This document shows, piece after piece, positions 30,962-51,210 of a stretch of 64,000 nucleotides of DNA (positions are counted from its first letter, which is position 1; the number at the start of each line of letters is the position of its first letter). Source of the stretch: the human T2T-CHM13v2.0 reference genome, Homo sapiens; the NCBI RefSeq assembly GCF_009914755.1, contig NC_060926.1; one strand, given 5' to 3'. The notes beneath the pieces were generated by a model. That model made no database searches and was not told where the DNA came from. It saw only the letters and a program-made list of their open reading frames with translations. The position numbers were made by a program, and so were the translations under genes.

Positions 30962-32919
30962 TTATAACATACCTATAAAACTCTCTTACACATCTTAGGG
31001 GTTTATAAATTGGCACAACCACTTTGAGAAACATTTTGGCAATGTCTGCTAACTGCACACAACCAACCAAAAACTAGAAACTTCCTTTCAACGGTTGAAT
31101 AAAGTAAAAGTAAATAAAGGTTTATTTACACTATGGAATTCTATTAAGTAATGAGAAAGAATGAAATACAACTGCATACAAATTGGATGAATCACCAAGA
31201 CAAACTGAACGAAAGAAGCCAGACACAAAAGGGTACGCACTGTATGATTCCATTTAAAGTTCAAAAAAAGAATAGTGTTTGAAATCACAGTAGTGGCTGT
31301 CTTTGATGTCAGGAGAAGAAGGGAGTAGGTCAGGAAGGGAACATAAGGGGGACTTCCTGGGAGACAGTGATGTTATTTTTCTTAATCTGGGTACTGGTTG
31401 CAAAGATTTCTTCACTTTGTGAAATGTAATCAGTTGTATTCTTATAATTAGCATGCATTTCTGTTTGTCTGCTATTCTTCAGTAAAGTCTTAAAATATTA
31501 GTAACAATATTATGTGTAAAAACTTGTCAAGGGATTTTTTTAAATGAAAAACTAGTAAACAGATAACAAAAATTTACATTTTCCATATTGGAAGCAATAT
31601 ATAACGCCACTTGTTCATTGATGAAAAGATAGGCTCCACTTTAATAATAAAAGTGCTGTTTTTTGGGGTGATATAAAAGTGTGCTTGCATCCTATCTGAG
31701 CCACAGAATAGGTGCAAACTGAGCTGCAGTCAACTAAAAATCCAAATTCCTCAGAAAGAGCTCTGATTGTCTCAGCTTTTTAGGGTATCTTTGGCCAGAG
31801 AGAAAGATCCTGTTTTATAATCGTAGATAATCCTTCTCGAAATATGTGAGAAATTCCCAGAAAAATAAAAAAAGCAAAGTAAGAGTTAGCAGTAATTGGT
31901 GGTGGATTCATTTGGGTTATGTGGATGTTAACTTGATTTTCTTATTTTGTGACCTAAGTGGTTATGTTTAGAATGTACATTTCAAGCACAGTGCACTTTT
32001 CCCCAGCATGTGGAAAAACAAGGAAACATCTCAAGTGTTCTAACATCAAAATCCAGGCAACCAGATGGATTCCAGAACAATGAAGCTGAGTTTTTCTTTT
32101 CTCCTTCATTACTTCTCTTAGCTTGACTTTCTCAAAAAGCTGAGCCTAACATAGCTTATGAACCATTATTTTATTAGAAGCACACTCCCACATAGCAGAA
32201 ATGAGGAACAAAGCTAGTAAAACAGAAGAGGCAGGGGAGCCAAAACAAGGACACATTACGCAGCTGGCCCTTGATAACTGTGGAAACTGAGCCCTTGCTC
32301 AGTTAGTGGAAGCATACCTGAAAAAGCCATGTAAAGACCATGCGATGGCTGGCCCTCAGAGGAGGCAAATACAAAAACACCTTTTAGAATATGAACTCCC
32401 CATACTTTGGGGCTGCACACACCTGGGCATTTCTGGGAAAGACGGCTGAGTGTGTGTTGTGGGCAGGAGGTGAAGGACGGCTAGGTGGCACCTGTAGAGA
32501 GCCCAGACAGAGCTAGAATGAGAGATGGGGGAGGATAAGTGGGTCTGAGGGGCATAAGAGGAATCTGGTACGATGCCATTAGCCAGATTAGAAAAACATA
32601 CCATTGTTGCTGCAGCTATGGAAAGCAAATTCAAGGAAAATTTTCATTACCGGTATCATCTGTGATGTGTTGTCTTAGAAAAGATAACACCAAATCAATC
32701 TGAATTTATCTCAAGTTTAATATGAGTGTATTCACTTGAACATTCTGTGTCTGAAAATCAAAAAGAAAAATGTAAAGTCTCCCTCTAGTGTCCAAACTGT
32801 TATTTTACAATTCTGTTGGCCGTTAGACAAATAAATTTTGACAACAAAATATTGTTTAATCTTGTAGAGAAAAAAAATTGTCATTATGTGATATCAAATT
32901 ATTAAATGTAAAACAGGAA

Positions 32920-33108
32920 TCAGTAATGTTTTTTATAAAGATTGAAGGGTAAATATTTTAAGCATTTTAGAGCACATATAGTCTCTGTTGCATATTCTCT
33001 TTGTTTTGGTTTGTCTTATTTTAGCAACCCATTAAAAATATAAAAATCATTCTTAGTACACTGACCATACAAAACAGGCCAGACTAGATTGCAGTTTACT
33101 GACACCCT
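32920..33108. mobile_element. MER58-like hAT-Charlie DNA transposon
   Basis: gtaaatattttaagc...tagtctctgttgcatattct...aaaatcattcttag...gcagtttactgacacc. Confidence 0.65.
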
Positions 33109-33579
33109 TGAGGGATGCCACCTGTTGCTAAAAGATACATGTAGTTATTTCTATATATATTTAGAACTAATATTTATTTACTTATTGTATGCCATATACA
33201 TATTTTGATATGTATGTTTATAAAATTAGGAGGCATTTTGTCTTTAATGGCAAATAGTTACAATGTCAATTGCTTTACAAATATTCTTTGTTTCTAATGG
33301 TTTATGCCTAGGTTAAAATTCTGAAGAATCCTGATATTTTGGCAGACTCCTGGTATTTAAAAGAAACTTTATCTCATGCAGAAATTCTTAGCACAGTATT
33401 TCTAAAAACAGAGTCTTTTTACATCTGGCCAAAATGTTTCCATTATACTTTTTTCAAGACTTCCTGTCTAATAACTAGATGGCTCTAGTTGTGTAAATTT
33501 CTGAATTTAAAACAGTTTGTTAAAATTCATTTAAAATTTTGATCTACATGTGGTAATTTTGCTCTTAGAAGGTACTCAA

Positions 33580-33842
33580 GACTGAGCTCAGTGGCTCACC
33601 CCTGTAGTCCCAGGCAGGCAGATCACCTTGAGCTCAAGAGTTTGAGAACAGCCTGGGCAATATGGCGAGACCCGATCTCTACAAAAAATACAAAAAAGTA
33701 GCCGGGCATGGGGGCCTGTGGTCCCAAATACTCCAGAGGCTGAGGTGGGAGGATCACTTGAGCCAAGGAGGCGAGGTTGAAGTGAGCAGAGATCAGATAG
33801 CGCCACTGCACTCCAGCCTGGACTACCAAGCAAGACCATCTC

Positions 33843-33885
<43 letters not shown>
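33580..33885 (+). mobile_element. AluJ-type with (TAA)n tail
   Basis: Diverged Alu; ~14 TAA units at 33843-33885; TSD TACTCAAG. Confidence 0.9.
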
Positions 33886-33888
<3 letters not shown>

Positions 33889-34109
33889 CAAGCCTGTCCA
33901 CTCCTTCTTCCATGTTTATGATTTCTAACATATTTCAAGATGTTATAATCCCCCACCAGTTTTCCCAGATTTCCCTTTATCTGAGATTTTTGAGATGCCA
34001 CAAGCAACCAGGTTGTAGAAACTTATCTTTGAATTTGCTGTTTCAGACACAGTGCCTGCTTTTAATAATTATTAGCCTTATTACTTGGAATAAAACATTT
34101 ATACTCCCT

Positions 34110-34345
34110 GATCTAGAGAGAAGCAAAATGGCAAAGTGGTTAAATCCAAGCACTCCAATCATAAAAATGGAGATCAAATCCCTACTATACCTCTTATTAG
34201 CTGCAGGTTACTTACCACCACTGTACCTCTGTTTCCTCATCTATAAAATATGAATACTAATAGCACTAACATCATAGGTTTCTTGATAGGCTTATTGGCA
34301 CTAACCTATGTAAAATGTTTATTTAGTGACTGGAACATAAAAACT
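34110..34345 (+). mobile_element. MIR
   Basis: aagtggttaaatcc...gtacctctgtttcctcatctataaaatatgaatactaatagcac. Confidence 0.7.
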
Positions 34346-34545
34346 TCTTAATAATGACTTATAATTTCATATATTTTATCAATAATTATTTGTACATGTA
34401 ATTTTAGTGCCTGATTAATATTACATCATAAATATGTGCTATGACTCATTTAACAATTTCTAACACTGAGATAATTTTTCAGTTTTGCATTTTAATTTAA
34501 CAATGCAGTAAACATCTTTGTATATAAACTGTGGTCTCAAAATGA

Positions 34546-36433
<1,888 letters not shown>

Positions 36434-37200
36434 TATTTGTTTTCAGATGTATAATTATTGGGTCAATAATCTTATACTCATGGCCACACAAGGCTCAATT
36501 ATTTTAAAAAATGTATGCCAATTTGACATTCCATCAACAATTCTTGAATATCTAAGTGAACCTTCATCAGTATTAAGTATTTTTTAAGTGTTTGCTAATT
36601 ATTAGGGGTATCAGTAATTCTTTTTGGATAGCAAATAATTCACCTCTCTGGAAATAGTTTAAGGTAAATAGTGTAAATTATTCAGGACTATATACATGTG
36701 TTTTAGAACTATGAGATGTCTTCTGGTAAAAGTGAATAAAATAAAGCAAATTTTTTTTAATATTTTTACTGAATATTTTATGTATCTATTGACCACATTA
36801 AATCACTTTTTAGTCTTATTTAAATCTGTGGCATCATTTGCTTTTAGTAATCTATAAAAATCTGCCAAATTCCATTTTCTAATCTAATTTTGGGGCATTT
36901 CTTCCCCAATTCTCCAATAGTAGAAATTCTGCCTGAATTTCTACTATTCCTATCTTCTTTAGATTAAGGGAGAGGGATTTTTTGACAATATAGCTACACG
37001 GGTCATGCGTATATTGATTAAATGCTGAGATAATTTTAATGACATTTTACTCCTTTCCACACACACAAATTGGTCTAAATTAAACAGATTCCCAATAAAA
37101 TATATATAATGTTATATAGTATTAAAGATACATATAATAAACATTAAATAAAAATATGTTATGAGGGTAGGTACCGATGAAAACATTAAAACTCAGGCAA

Positions 37201-37498
37201 GGCCCAGTGTGGTGGCTCAAGCCTGTAATCCCAGCACTTTGGGAGGCCAAGGTGAGCAGATCGCTTGAGCTCATGAGTTCAACATCAGTCTGAGCAACAT
37301 AGTGAAACCCTGTCTCTATAAAACATAAAAAAAATTTAGCTGGATGTAGTGGTGCATGCCTGTAGTCTCAGCTACTCAGGAGGCTGAGGTGGGAGGCTGG
37401 CTTGAGCTAGGCAGCTAGAGATTGCAGTGAGGCAAGATCCTGCCACTGCACTACAGCCTAGGTGATAGAGCCAAACATTGTCTCAAAGAAAAAAAAAA
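37201..37498 (+). mobile_element. AluJ-type
   Basis: gatcgcttgagctc, ctgagcaacatagtg; TSD AACTCAGGCAA. Confidence 0.92.
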
Positions 37499-37646
37499 CA
37501 ATAACTCAGGCAAAGTAATTACCAAATATCATAATATATTATGTATCTAAAAATAAAAGCAAAGCATATTTTAAATTTTTCGTTAATTCATAGCATGCCT
37601 ATAGAATAGTGCAATACTCAATATCATTAGTCACAAGGGAAATTCC

Positions 37647-38068
37647 TGTCATACCAACTGAAACAGAGTCCACAGGACAGGTGGGAAATCACCCAGGGAA
37701 TAAAACTTTACTCCAAGAATGTAACTCTTTGCAAGCCTGGATGCCAAAGCTGTCTGCTGTAACATGAAGCCAGTTTAATCCAATGGCTGCTGAAACAGCC
37801 TGCTGTGATTCTAAGAGTAGTTTTACCCAACATTGTCATTTACCAATCAGAGCTTGCCAGCTCCCAAAAATCTTACTAGTGCCAATGAACTTTCTTTCAG
37901 AACACTATGTAACATTCCTCCTTTTTATAAAACTTCGAATCTTGTCTTTGTTCTTCAGACATACTGAAGACCACACAGTCTGTGGTGTGTCCCAAATTGC
38001 AATTCTTGTTCCCAAATAAAACATTTCAAATTTAGAAATTTTCCTTTTTATTCAATTTGAATTTGACA
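37647..38068 (+). mobile_element. Solo LTR (LTR47-like)
   Basis: TG...CA bounded; ccaatcagagcttgccagctccc; AATAAA near 38015. Confidence 0.6.
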
Positions 38069-38069
38069 A

Positions 38070-38320
38070 CTGATAAACAAAATGTAGTATAACAATGCAA
38101 TGGAATATTTGCCATAAAAGAAATGAAGTACTGATATATACAACTACATGGATGAACCTGAAAACAGCTTGCTACAGAATGGGGATCGACTGATAATGGG
38201 TATAACATTTCTTTTCTGGGGTGATAAAATGTTCTGGAATTACATAGTGGTAATGGTTGCAAAACTCCGTGAATATCCTAAAAACCACCTAAGTGTATAC
38301 TTAAAACAGTGTATTTTGGT
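38070..38320 (+). mobile_element. L1MB-like 3' end fragment
   Basis: gaaatgaagtactgatatatacaactacatggatgaacc...ggggtgataaaatgttctggaatt. Confidence 0.65.
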
Positions 38321-38333
38321 GTCAGTGGAATAG

Positions 38334-39209
<876 letters not shown>

Positions 39210-39214
39210 ATAGG

Positions 39215-39847
39215 ACATTTTGACATGGCAGAATAGGAGGCTCCTTACTCTACTCCACCCACAGACATAGCCAATAAATATATATTCACAGATGACTTCC
39301 CTCTGACAGAAAATCAAAAACCAGTTGAGAAACTACTACCCGCTGGATAACTGAGAAAATATCCACATCATAAATGATGACATTAAAAACATGAAATGTG
39401 GAATCAGGGACAGTAAAAATACAGTGTGTGTGTTTGAGATCAAAATTAAGGTGTTATTGGCTTAAAATAACCAGTTATAAGAGATTTTATATATCCCTCA
39501 GGGTAACTATAAAGCAAAACCTATAATAGATAAACAAAAGAAAAAAATATATATCCAAACATACCACTACATAAAGCCATCAAACCATAAAGAAAAAAAA
39601 CAAGAGAGGTAGAAAACAACAAAGGATCTTAAAACAACTAGAAAACAATAAACAAAATGGAACTGGAAAAATTTTACCTGTCAATAATTACTTGAATGTA
39701 AGTGGATTAAATTATTTGATCAAAATGCATCTAGTGACTGAATGGATTAAGAAAGTAATAAGAGCTACATATATTTTGCCTCCAAGAGACTCATTTTACC
39801 TTAAAAGAAACCCATAGACTGAAAAAAACGAAAAACTGATATTCCAT
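39215..39847 (+). mobile_element. L1M (L1MA-like) 5' piece and start of ORF2 endonuclease
   Basis: aacaaaatgg...tcaataattacttgaatgtaagtggattaa...caagagactcatttt...gatattccat. Confidence 0.7.
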
Positions 39848-40902
39848 ACTTCCTTGGTCAGTGGGGAAAAGTGCCCCACCTGCTCTGAAGAACAAGGAGG
39901 AGGTGGACCCCCATTCCTCTAGAGATCTAATCATCAGTGTGGACCACCCCTAAGGGAGGGAAAAGTACAGCCCACCAAAGCCCCGCCTTGTGTCAAGGGA
40001 AGCACAAGCATGGCACCAGACACTGACATGGAGAGGGAATCATCTATTCCCCACTGCCCCTCTCTTTAGTGCACTATTGCAAACTCAGCAGTGACTCTTC
40101 CCATTGGGGCCCAGAGAGTGTGGGCTAAAAGAGTGTGCTCCTCAGTCTTCTCCAGCAGCACCAACCCCACTGAAGGCAAATGCACACTGAGGAAAGGCAT
40201 ATTTTGTGCTTCTTCATTGCCTCTGCCCCATCTCTACTTGTTGGAGCTTACTCTTAAGTAAGGACTGCAGCCTGAATTCTACAACCAAATGCAATTACCT
40301 CACTATAACAATTAACATCTGAGAAAGCTACAAAACTAACTACAGCCAAGAAACCCATACAGAGCCTTGGCATCCTGAAAGCACCCCAAAACAAGGCCAT
40401 TTAATAATATACAATATACATCACAGTAATACCTCCAAGGGAAAAAAAAGAGTAAATAATCAAGAAGCCCAATTAAAACAATAGCAAATTCAAGGAAGAA
40501 AGTAGAAGAAGAGAAGAAGGAGAGGGAGAAGGAGAAGAAGGAGAAAGAAAGTGTCAGCTCCTCTGATGGGAAAGAATCAGCACAAGAACTCTGGCAAGAC
40601 AATGAAAAAAAAACAAAAAAACAAAAACACAAAGTGTTTCATCAGCTCCAAAGGATCTCATTAACTACTCAGCAATAGATCCTAACCAGAATGAAATGTC
40701 TAAAATGACACATATAGAATCCACAATATGGATGAAAACAAATTCAATGAGATCCAAGAGAAAGTTGAAATGTAACAGAAAGAAGCCAGAAAAAGGATCA
40801 AAAATTTGAAGTACCTAACTGTATTTAAAAAATGAATAAACAGAACTGCTGGAATTAAGAAGTTCAAATTTTAAAAAATATTTCAAACTATCATTTGAAG
40901 CC
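39848..40902 (+). mobile_element. L1PB/L1PA16-like 5'UTR and ORF1 N-terminus
   Basis: GC-richer UTR, then agaatcagcacaagaactctggc...gatcctaaccagaatgaaatgtct...aatgagatccaagagaaagttgaaa. Confidence 0.65.
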
Positions 40903-41123
40903 TTTTTTATTTTATTATTATTATACTTTAAGTTTTAGGGTACATGTGCACAATGTGCGGGTTAGTTACAGATGGATGCATGTGACATGATGGTGTGCTG
41001 CACCCATTAACTCGTCATTTAGCATTAGGTATATCTCCCAATGCTATCCCTCCCCCCTCCCCCCACCCCACAACAGTCCCCAGAGTGTGATGTTCCCCTT
41101 CTGTGTCCATGTGTTCTCATTGT

Positions 41124-44942
<3,819 letters not shown>

Positions 44943-45005
44943 TATGATGTTAGCTGGTTATTTTGCTAGTTAGTTGATGCAGTTTCTTCCTAGCCTTGAT
45001 GGTCT

Positions 45006-46022
45006 TTACAATTTGGCATGTTTTTGCAGTGGCTGGTATCGGTTGTTCCTTTCCATGTTTAGTGCTTCCTTCAGGAGCTCTTTTAGGGCAGGCCTGGTGG
45101 TGACAAAATCTCTCAGCATTTGCTTCTCTGTAAAGGATTTTATTTCTCCTTCACTTATGAAGCTTAGTTTGACTGGATATGAAATTCTGGGTTGAAAATT
45201 CTTTTCTTTAAGAATGCTGAATATTGGCCCCCACTCTCTTCTGGCTTGTAGAGTTTCTGCCGAGAGATCCACTGTTAGTCTGATGGGCTTCCCTTTCTGG
45301 GTAACCCGACCTTTCTCTCTGGCTGCCCTTAACATTTTTTCCTTCATTTCAACTTTGGTGAATCTGACAATTTTGTGTCTTGGAGTTGCTCTTCTCGAGG
45401 AGTATCTTTGTGGCATTCTCTGTATTTCCTGAATTTGAATGTTGGCCTGCCTTGCTAGATTGGGGAAGTTCTCCTGGATAATATCCTGCAGAGTGTTTTC
45501 CAACTTGGTTCCATTCTCCCCGTCACTTTCAGGTACACTAATCAGATGTAGATTTGGTCTTTTCACATTGTCCCATATTTCTTGGAGGCTTTGTTCATTT
45601 CTTTTTATTCTTTTTTCTCTAAACTTTTCTTCTTGCTTCATTTCATTCATTTGATCTTCCATCAGTGATACCCTCCCTTCCAGTTGATCAAATCAGCTAC
45701 TGAGGCTTGTGCATTCGTCACGTAGTTCTCATGCCTTGGTTTTCAGCTCCATCAGGTCCTGTAAGGACTTCTCTGCATTGGTTATTCTAGTTAGCCATTC
45801 GTCTAATTTTTTTTCAAGTTTCTCAACTTCTTTGCCATGGGTTGGAACTTCCTTCTTTAGCTCAGAGTTGTTTGATTGTCTGAAGCCTTCTACTCTCAAC
45901 TCATCAAAGTTATTCTCTGTCCAGCTTTGTTCCATTGCTGGTGAGGAAATGCGTTCCTTTGAAGGAGGAGAGGTGCTCTGATTTTTAGAGTTTCCAGTTT
46001 TTCTGCTCTGCTTTTTCCCCAT
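45006..46022 (-). pseudogene. L1 ORF1p, disrupted
   Basis: MGKKQSRKTGNSKNQS... ends prematurely at 45729; resumes to ...RYQPLQKHAKL. Confidence 0.93.
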
Positions 46023-46595
46023 CTTTGTGGTATTATCTACCTTTGGTCTGTGATGATGGTGACATACAGATGGGGTTTTGGTGTGGATGTCCTTTCCATT
46101 TGTTACTTTTCCTTCTAACAGTCAGGACCCTCAGCTGCAGGTCTGTTGGAGATTGCTGGAGGTCCACTCCAGACCATTTGCCTGGGTATCAGCAGTGGAG
46201 GCTGCAGAACAGTGGATATTGGTGAACAGAAACTGTTGCTGCCTGATCGTTCCTCTGGAAGTTTTGTCTCAGAGGAGTACCTGGCCGTGTGAGGTGTCAG
46301 TCTGCCCCTACAGGGGGTTGCCTCCCACTTAGGCTACTCGGGGGTCATGGACCCACTTGAGGAGGCAGTCTGTCCGTTCTCAGATCTCAAGCTGCATCCT
46401 GGGAGAACCACTACTCTCTTCAAAGCTGTCAGACAGGGACATTTAAGTCTGCAGAGATTTCTGCTTCCTTTTGTTTGGCTATTTCCTGCCCCCAGAGGTG
46501 GAGTCTACAGAGGCAGGCAGGCCTCCCTGAGCTGCAGTGGGCTCCATCCAGTTTGAGCTTCCCGGCCACTTTGTTTACCTACTCAAGCCTTGGCA

Positions 46596-46772
46596 ATGGC
46601 AGGCACCCCTCCCCCAGCCTCGCTGCCACCTTGCAGTTTGATCTCAGACTGCTGTGCTAGCAATGAGCAAGGCTCCGTGGGTGTAAGACCCTCTGAGCCA
46701 GGTGCGGGATATAATCTCCTGGTGTGCCATTTGCTAAGACCGTTGGAAAGCGCAGTATTAGGGTGGGAGTGA
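46596..46772 (+). pseudogene. L1 ORF0 homolog (antisense 5'UTR ORF), frameshifted C-terminus
   Basis: MAGTPPPASLPPCSLISDCCASNEQGSVGV matches the primate L1 ORF0 N-terminus; position ~440 nt from the L1 5' end. Confidence 0.8.
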
Positions 46773-47235
46773 CCCAATTTTCCAGGTGCCATCTGTCACC
46801 CCTTTCTTTGACTAGGAAAGGGAATTCCCTGACCCCTTGTGCTGCCCAGGTGAGGCAATGCCTCACCCTGCTTTGGCTCACGCTCGGTGCACTGCACCCA
46901 CTGTCTGACACTCCCCAGTGAGATGAACCCGGTACCTCAGTTGGAAATGCAGAAATCACTCGTCTTCTGCGTCACTCATGCTGGGAGCTGTAGATTGGAG
47001 CTATTCCTATTCGACCATCTTGGCTCCACCCCCAATTTCATGTTTTTAAAGGCTACATAGTACTCTATTGTGTATACACACCAAATATTTGTATACATTC
47101 ACCCACAGATAGGCACTACAGTTGTTTCCATATTGTGGCTCTTGTGACTAATGCTGCAATCAATATGGGAGTGTAGCTATCTCTTCAACGCACTGATTTC
47201 ATTTCTTTGGATGTATACCCAGTAGTGGCAGAGCT

Positions 47236-47688
47236 GTGAAACCCACCCAATAGTCCCATAGGCAACTTTTTGAATAAATATAGAAATTGACCTTTCTGGT
47301 CTTAAAGCTTGAAACTTACATTCATTTTTTCTGCATTCCTTCCCCAGGAAATGACCATCAGGCCTCTAAACAAAAGTATCAAAGAATTGAAACTCATCCA
47401 TCACCACATCCAGACAATGCAGTGCAGGCTTCCTTATTCATCATGATTGTTTTCTTGCCCCTCTCTAGTTCCTGTTTTCTTACATATTGTTACATGTGTT
47501 CCCTGCTCTATAACCCCCTCATTGTAGTTGGTCAGGGAAATTGATTTGAGACTGATATCCCACCTCCTTGGTTGCAGCACCCCGTTAAATCCTTCTTCCT
47601 TCTTCCTGGCACTACTCATTGTCCTAATCATTGGCTTTCTTTGTGGTGAGCTGCAGGACCTACACTGGACCCCTGGCCTTTTGGTTAT
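47236..47688 (+). mobile_element. ERV1-class solo LTR (LTR45/MER4-group-like) nested in L1MA
   Basis: tgaaacccacccaatagtcccatagg...agaaattgacctttctggtcttaaagcttgaaacttac. Confidence 0.65.
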
Positions 47689-50234
47689 CTGTGGATCATT
47701 AGTGATTGTATTTTTAGTTTTTTGAAGAGGCTTCATATTGTTTTCCAAAGTGGCTGTACTAATTTACAATGCCACTGATGTTGTACAAGGGTTCTCTTTT
47801 TTCTATACCTTCCCCACACTTGTTATTTGTTGTCTTTTTGATAAGAGATGATCTAACATGTGTGAGATGATATTTTATTGTGGATTTAATTTGCATTTCT
47901 CTGATGATTGGAGAGGTTCAGCACTTTTTCCTATATCTGTAGTCCATTTCTATGTATTCTTTTGAGAAATTACTATTTAGAACCTTTGTCCATTTTTAAT
48001 TAGGGTTATTTCTTTTTTTTGTTATTCAGTTGTATGAGTTCCTTGTGTATTTTAAATATTAGCCTCTAATCCAATCTATGATTTGCAAATGTTTTCTCCC
48101 AGGTTGTGGGTTGTCTTTTCATTCTGTTAATTGTTTCCTTTGATGTTTAGAAAGCTTTCAGATCAATGCAGTGACATTTGTCTGTTTTTGTCCATCACAG
48201 TGATTTCACATAGCTCCAGACTTATGCCATGGAGCTTTACCACTATGTTTATGTTCTCCTCTAGTAGTTTTACAGTTTCAGCTCATATATTTTAAGTCTT
48301 TAGCCCATTTTGAGTTGATTCCTGTATAAGGGGTAAGAAAATCGTTTACTTTTATTCTTCTGCATGTGGATATCCAATTTTCCCAACACCATTTATTGAA
48401 GAGACTGTTCTTTTCCCATTGTGTGTTACTGGCACTTTTTTCAAAAATTAATAGACTGTAATTGTGGGTGTTTATTTCTGAACTCTCTATCCTAGTTCAT
48501 TGGATGATGTATCTGTTTTATGCCAGCACCATGCTGTTTTGACGACTATAGCTTTGTAAAGTGTTTTGGAATCTGGTGGTGTGATGCCTCTAGCTTTGTT
48601 CTTTTTGCTCAAGATGGCTTTGGCGTGGCCTTTTGTGGTTTCATGTGAATTTTATAACTTCTCTTTCTATTTCTGTGAAGAATGACCTTGAGACTTTGAT
48701 TGAGATTGCATAGAGTCTATGAATGGCTTTGGGTAGTACAGATATTTTAAAAATATTCTTTCAATACATTAACACAGAAAATCTTTCAGTTTATTTGTGT
48801 CATCTTCAATTTCTTTCATCAATGTTTTACCATTTTCAGTATATAGATCTTTCACATTCTTGGTTAAATTTATTCCTAAGTATTTTATTTTATATTTGGT
48901 GCTATTGTAAATTGGTTTATTTTTTTATTTTTTAAAAAGATAGTTCATTGTTAGTGTGCAGAAATGCAACTGGTTTTTGTAAGGTGAATTTGTTTTCTGC
49001 AACTTCACTGAATTTCTTTGGCAATTCTAAGAGATTTTGGGAGGAGTCTTTAGAATTTTCTCTATATAAGATCATATCATTAGCAAACAGAACATCTCAC
49101 TTCCTCCTTTTCTATTTGCATGACTTTCTTTGTTTTTCTTGCTTAATTTTTCTGGCTGGAACTTTTAGTACTATGCTAAACATAGTGGTGTGAAGAGGCA
49201 TCTTTGTCCTGTTTTTTATTTTAGAGGAAAAGCCTTCAACTTTTCACCATTGATTATGATGTTAGCTGTGGGCTTATTGTATATAGCCTTTATTGTGTTG
49301 AGAAACATTCCTTTTATACCTAATTTATTGACAGTTTTTTTAATCATGAAAAGATGTTAAATTTAGTCAAATGCTTTTTTTGTGTGTTGATTGAGATATT
49401 GATATGTTTTTGTCCTTCATTCTGTTATTAAATTATGTTGCATCTATTGATTTGTATATGTTGAATCATCCTTGCATCCCAAGGATAAATCCCACTTGAT
49501 TATGGCAAATGATCTTTTTAATGTACTTTTGAATATAGTTTGCTTGTATTTTGTTGACAATATTTTTATCTGTGTTCATTAGGAATAATAGTCTGTAGTT
49601 TTGTTTTCTTATAGTGTTTTTCTTTGGCTTTGGCATTGGGATAATTCTGGCCTTGTAAATTGAGTTTGGAAGTGCTTCCTCCACTTCAGGTTTTGCAAAG
49701 GTTTGAATAGGATTGGTATTAGTTCTTCTTTAAATGTTTGGTAGAATTGAGCCATAAAGTTATGAGGTCTTGGGGTTTTCTTTGATGTGAGACTTAATTG
49801 ATTATGTAATCTCCTTACTCATTATTGGTCTGTTCAGATTTTCTATTTTATTGTGTTTTAGTCTTGCTAGGTAATGTTTCTAGGAATTTACCCATTTCTA
49901 TCAGATTATTTAATTTGTTGACATATAGTTGTTTATAGTAATCTTATGATTATTTGTATTTCTATGTTATCAGTTGTAATGTCTCCTCTTTCATTTCTGA
50001 ATTTAATGAGGCCTCTCTTAGTTTGTGTAGCTAAAGGTTTGTCAATTTTGTTTAGCTTTTCAAATAACCAACTCATAGATTCATCGATATCTTTAAGTGT
50101 TTTAACACCTCTGTTTTATTTATTTTTGCTCTGGTCTTTGTTATTTCTTTCCTTTGTGCTAACTTTGGGCTTAGTTTGTTCTTTTTTTATTCCCCTAGTT
50201 CCTTGAGGTGTAACACTGGGTTGTTTGAGATCTT

Positions 50235-50376
50235 TCTTTTCTTTTTTTTTTTTTTAAATAGTATTATTTTTAGAGGCAAAGTCTTACAATATAGCCCACG
50301 CTGGGTTTGAACTCAGGCTGAATTGATCCTCCCTCTGAGTGGGAGAGAGTACAGGCATGCAGCATTGCACATGGGA
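50235..50376 (-). mobile_element. FLAM/Alu monomer, diverged
   Basis: Poly(T), then gtcttacaatatagcccacgctgggtttgaactc...tgatcctccc...tacaggcatgc. Confidence 0.6.
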
Positions 50377-51129
50377 TTGTTTTTTATTTTCTTTAGGAAG
50401 AAAAAAAGAATTAGTGTAAGTTTCCTTCTTAGAACTGTTTTTGTTGCACCCCATAAATTTTGATATGTTGTGTTCTATTTTTACATGCTAAAGATATTTT
50501 TAATTTTTGCCTATAATTTCTTCTTTGACCCAATACTTGTTCTAGAGCACATTGTTTAGTGTCCACATGTTTGTTAATTTCCCATGATTCATCCTGTTAT
50601 TGAATTCTAGTCTCAAAGCGTCATGGTTGTAAAAGACGCATAACATGATTTAATCTTCCTAAATTTGTTAAGACTTGTTTTGTGCCTAACATATGATCTA
50701 ACTTGGAGAATGATAGATGTATACTTGAAAAGAAGGTGTATTCTGTTGCTGTTGGGTGGAAAACTCTGTGTATATCTGTTAGATACGTTTGCTCTATAGT
50801 TGAAATCTAATGTTTCCTTATTGATTTTCTGACTGGTCAATCTATTGTTTGAAGTGGGGAACTGAAATCCCCTACTATTACTGTGTTGCAATCTATATCT
50901 TTGTTCAGATCTCTTAATGCTTGTTTTATATATTTAGGAGCTCCCAATTTGGGGTGCATGTTTCTGTATAATTCTTATATCCCCTTGATGAGTTAATTGC
51001 TTTATCACTATATAATAACCTTCTTTGTGTCTTTTAACAGTTTTTGACATAAAGTCTGTTTTCTCTGAAATAATAGATGTAGCTACCTCTGCTTTTACAT
51101 TCCACGTGCATGGAATATCTTTTAAAAAA

Positions 51130-51210
51130 TATTTTATTTTATTTTTATTTTAGATCCAGAAGGTACATGCGTGGGTTTGTTATGTGGATATATTGCATGA
51201 TGCAGATGTT
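51130..51210 (-). mobile_element. L1PB/PA16-like extreme 3' end with tail
   Basis: ttttattttagatccagaaggtacatgcgtgggtttgttatgtggatatattgcatgatgc. Confidence 0.75.

Larger units (their letters stand above)
47034..51123 (-). mobile_element. L1MA-like ORF2 body; continuation of 39215-39847 in inverted orientation
   Basis: Antisense ORF2 from the endonuclease (aaaagatattccatgcac) through RT to near the 3' end; peptide IICHNQVGFILGMQG. Confidence 0.85.

Noticed and set aside
36935-36948. GAATTTCTACTATT resembling a Cas12a repeat
   Set aside because: Single copy, eukaryotic DNA, no array or cas genes; it is just one hairpin arm.
39383-39397. TTAAAAACATGAAAT matching the reverse complement of the full-length L1 5' flank (47035-47049) as a displaced TSD
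   Set aside because: AT-rich, not adjacent to an L1 tail, and resembles ordinary old-L1 sequence; probably coincidence.
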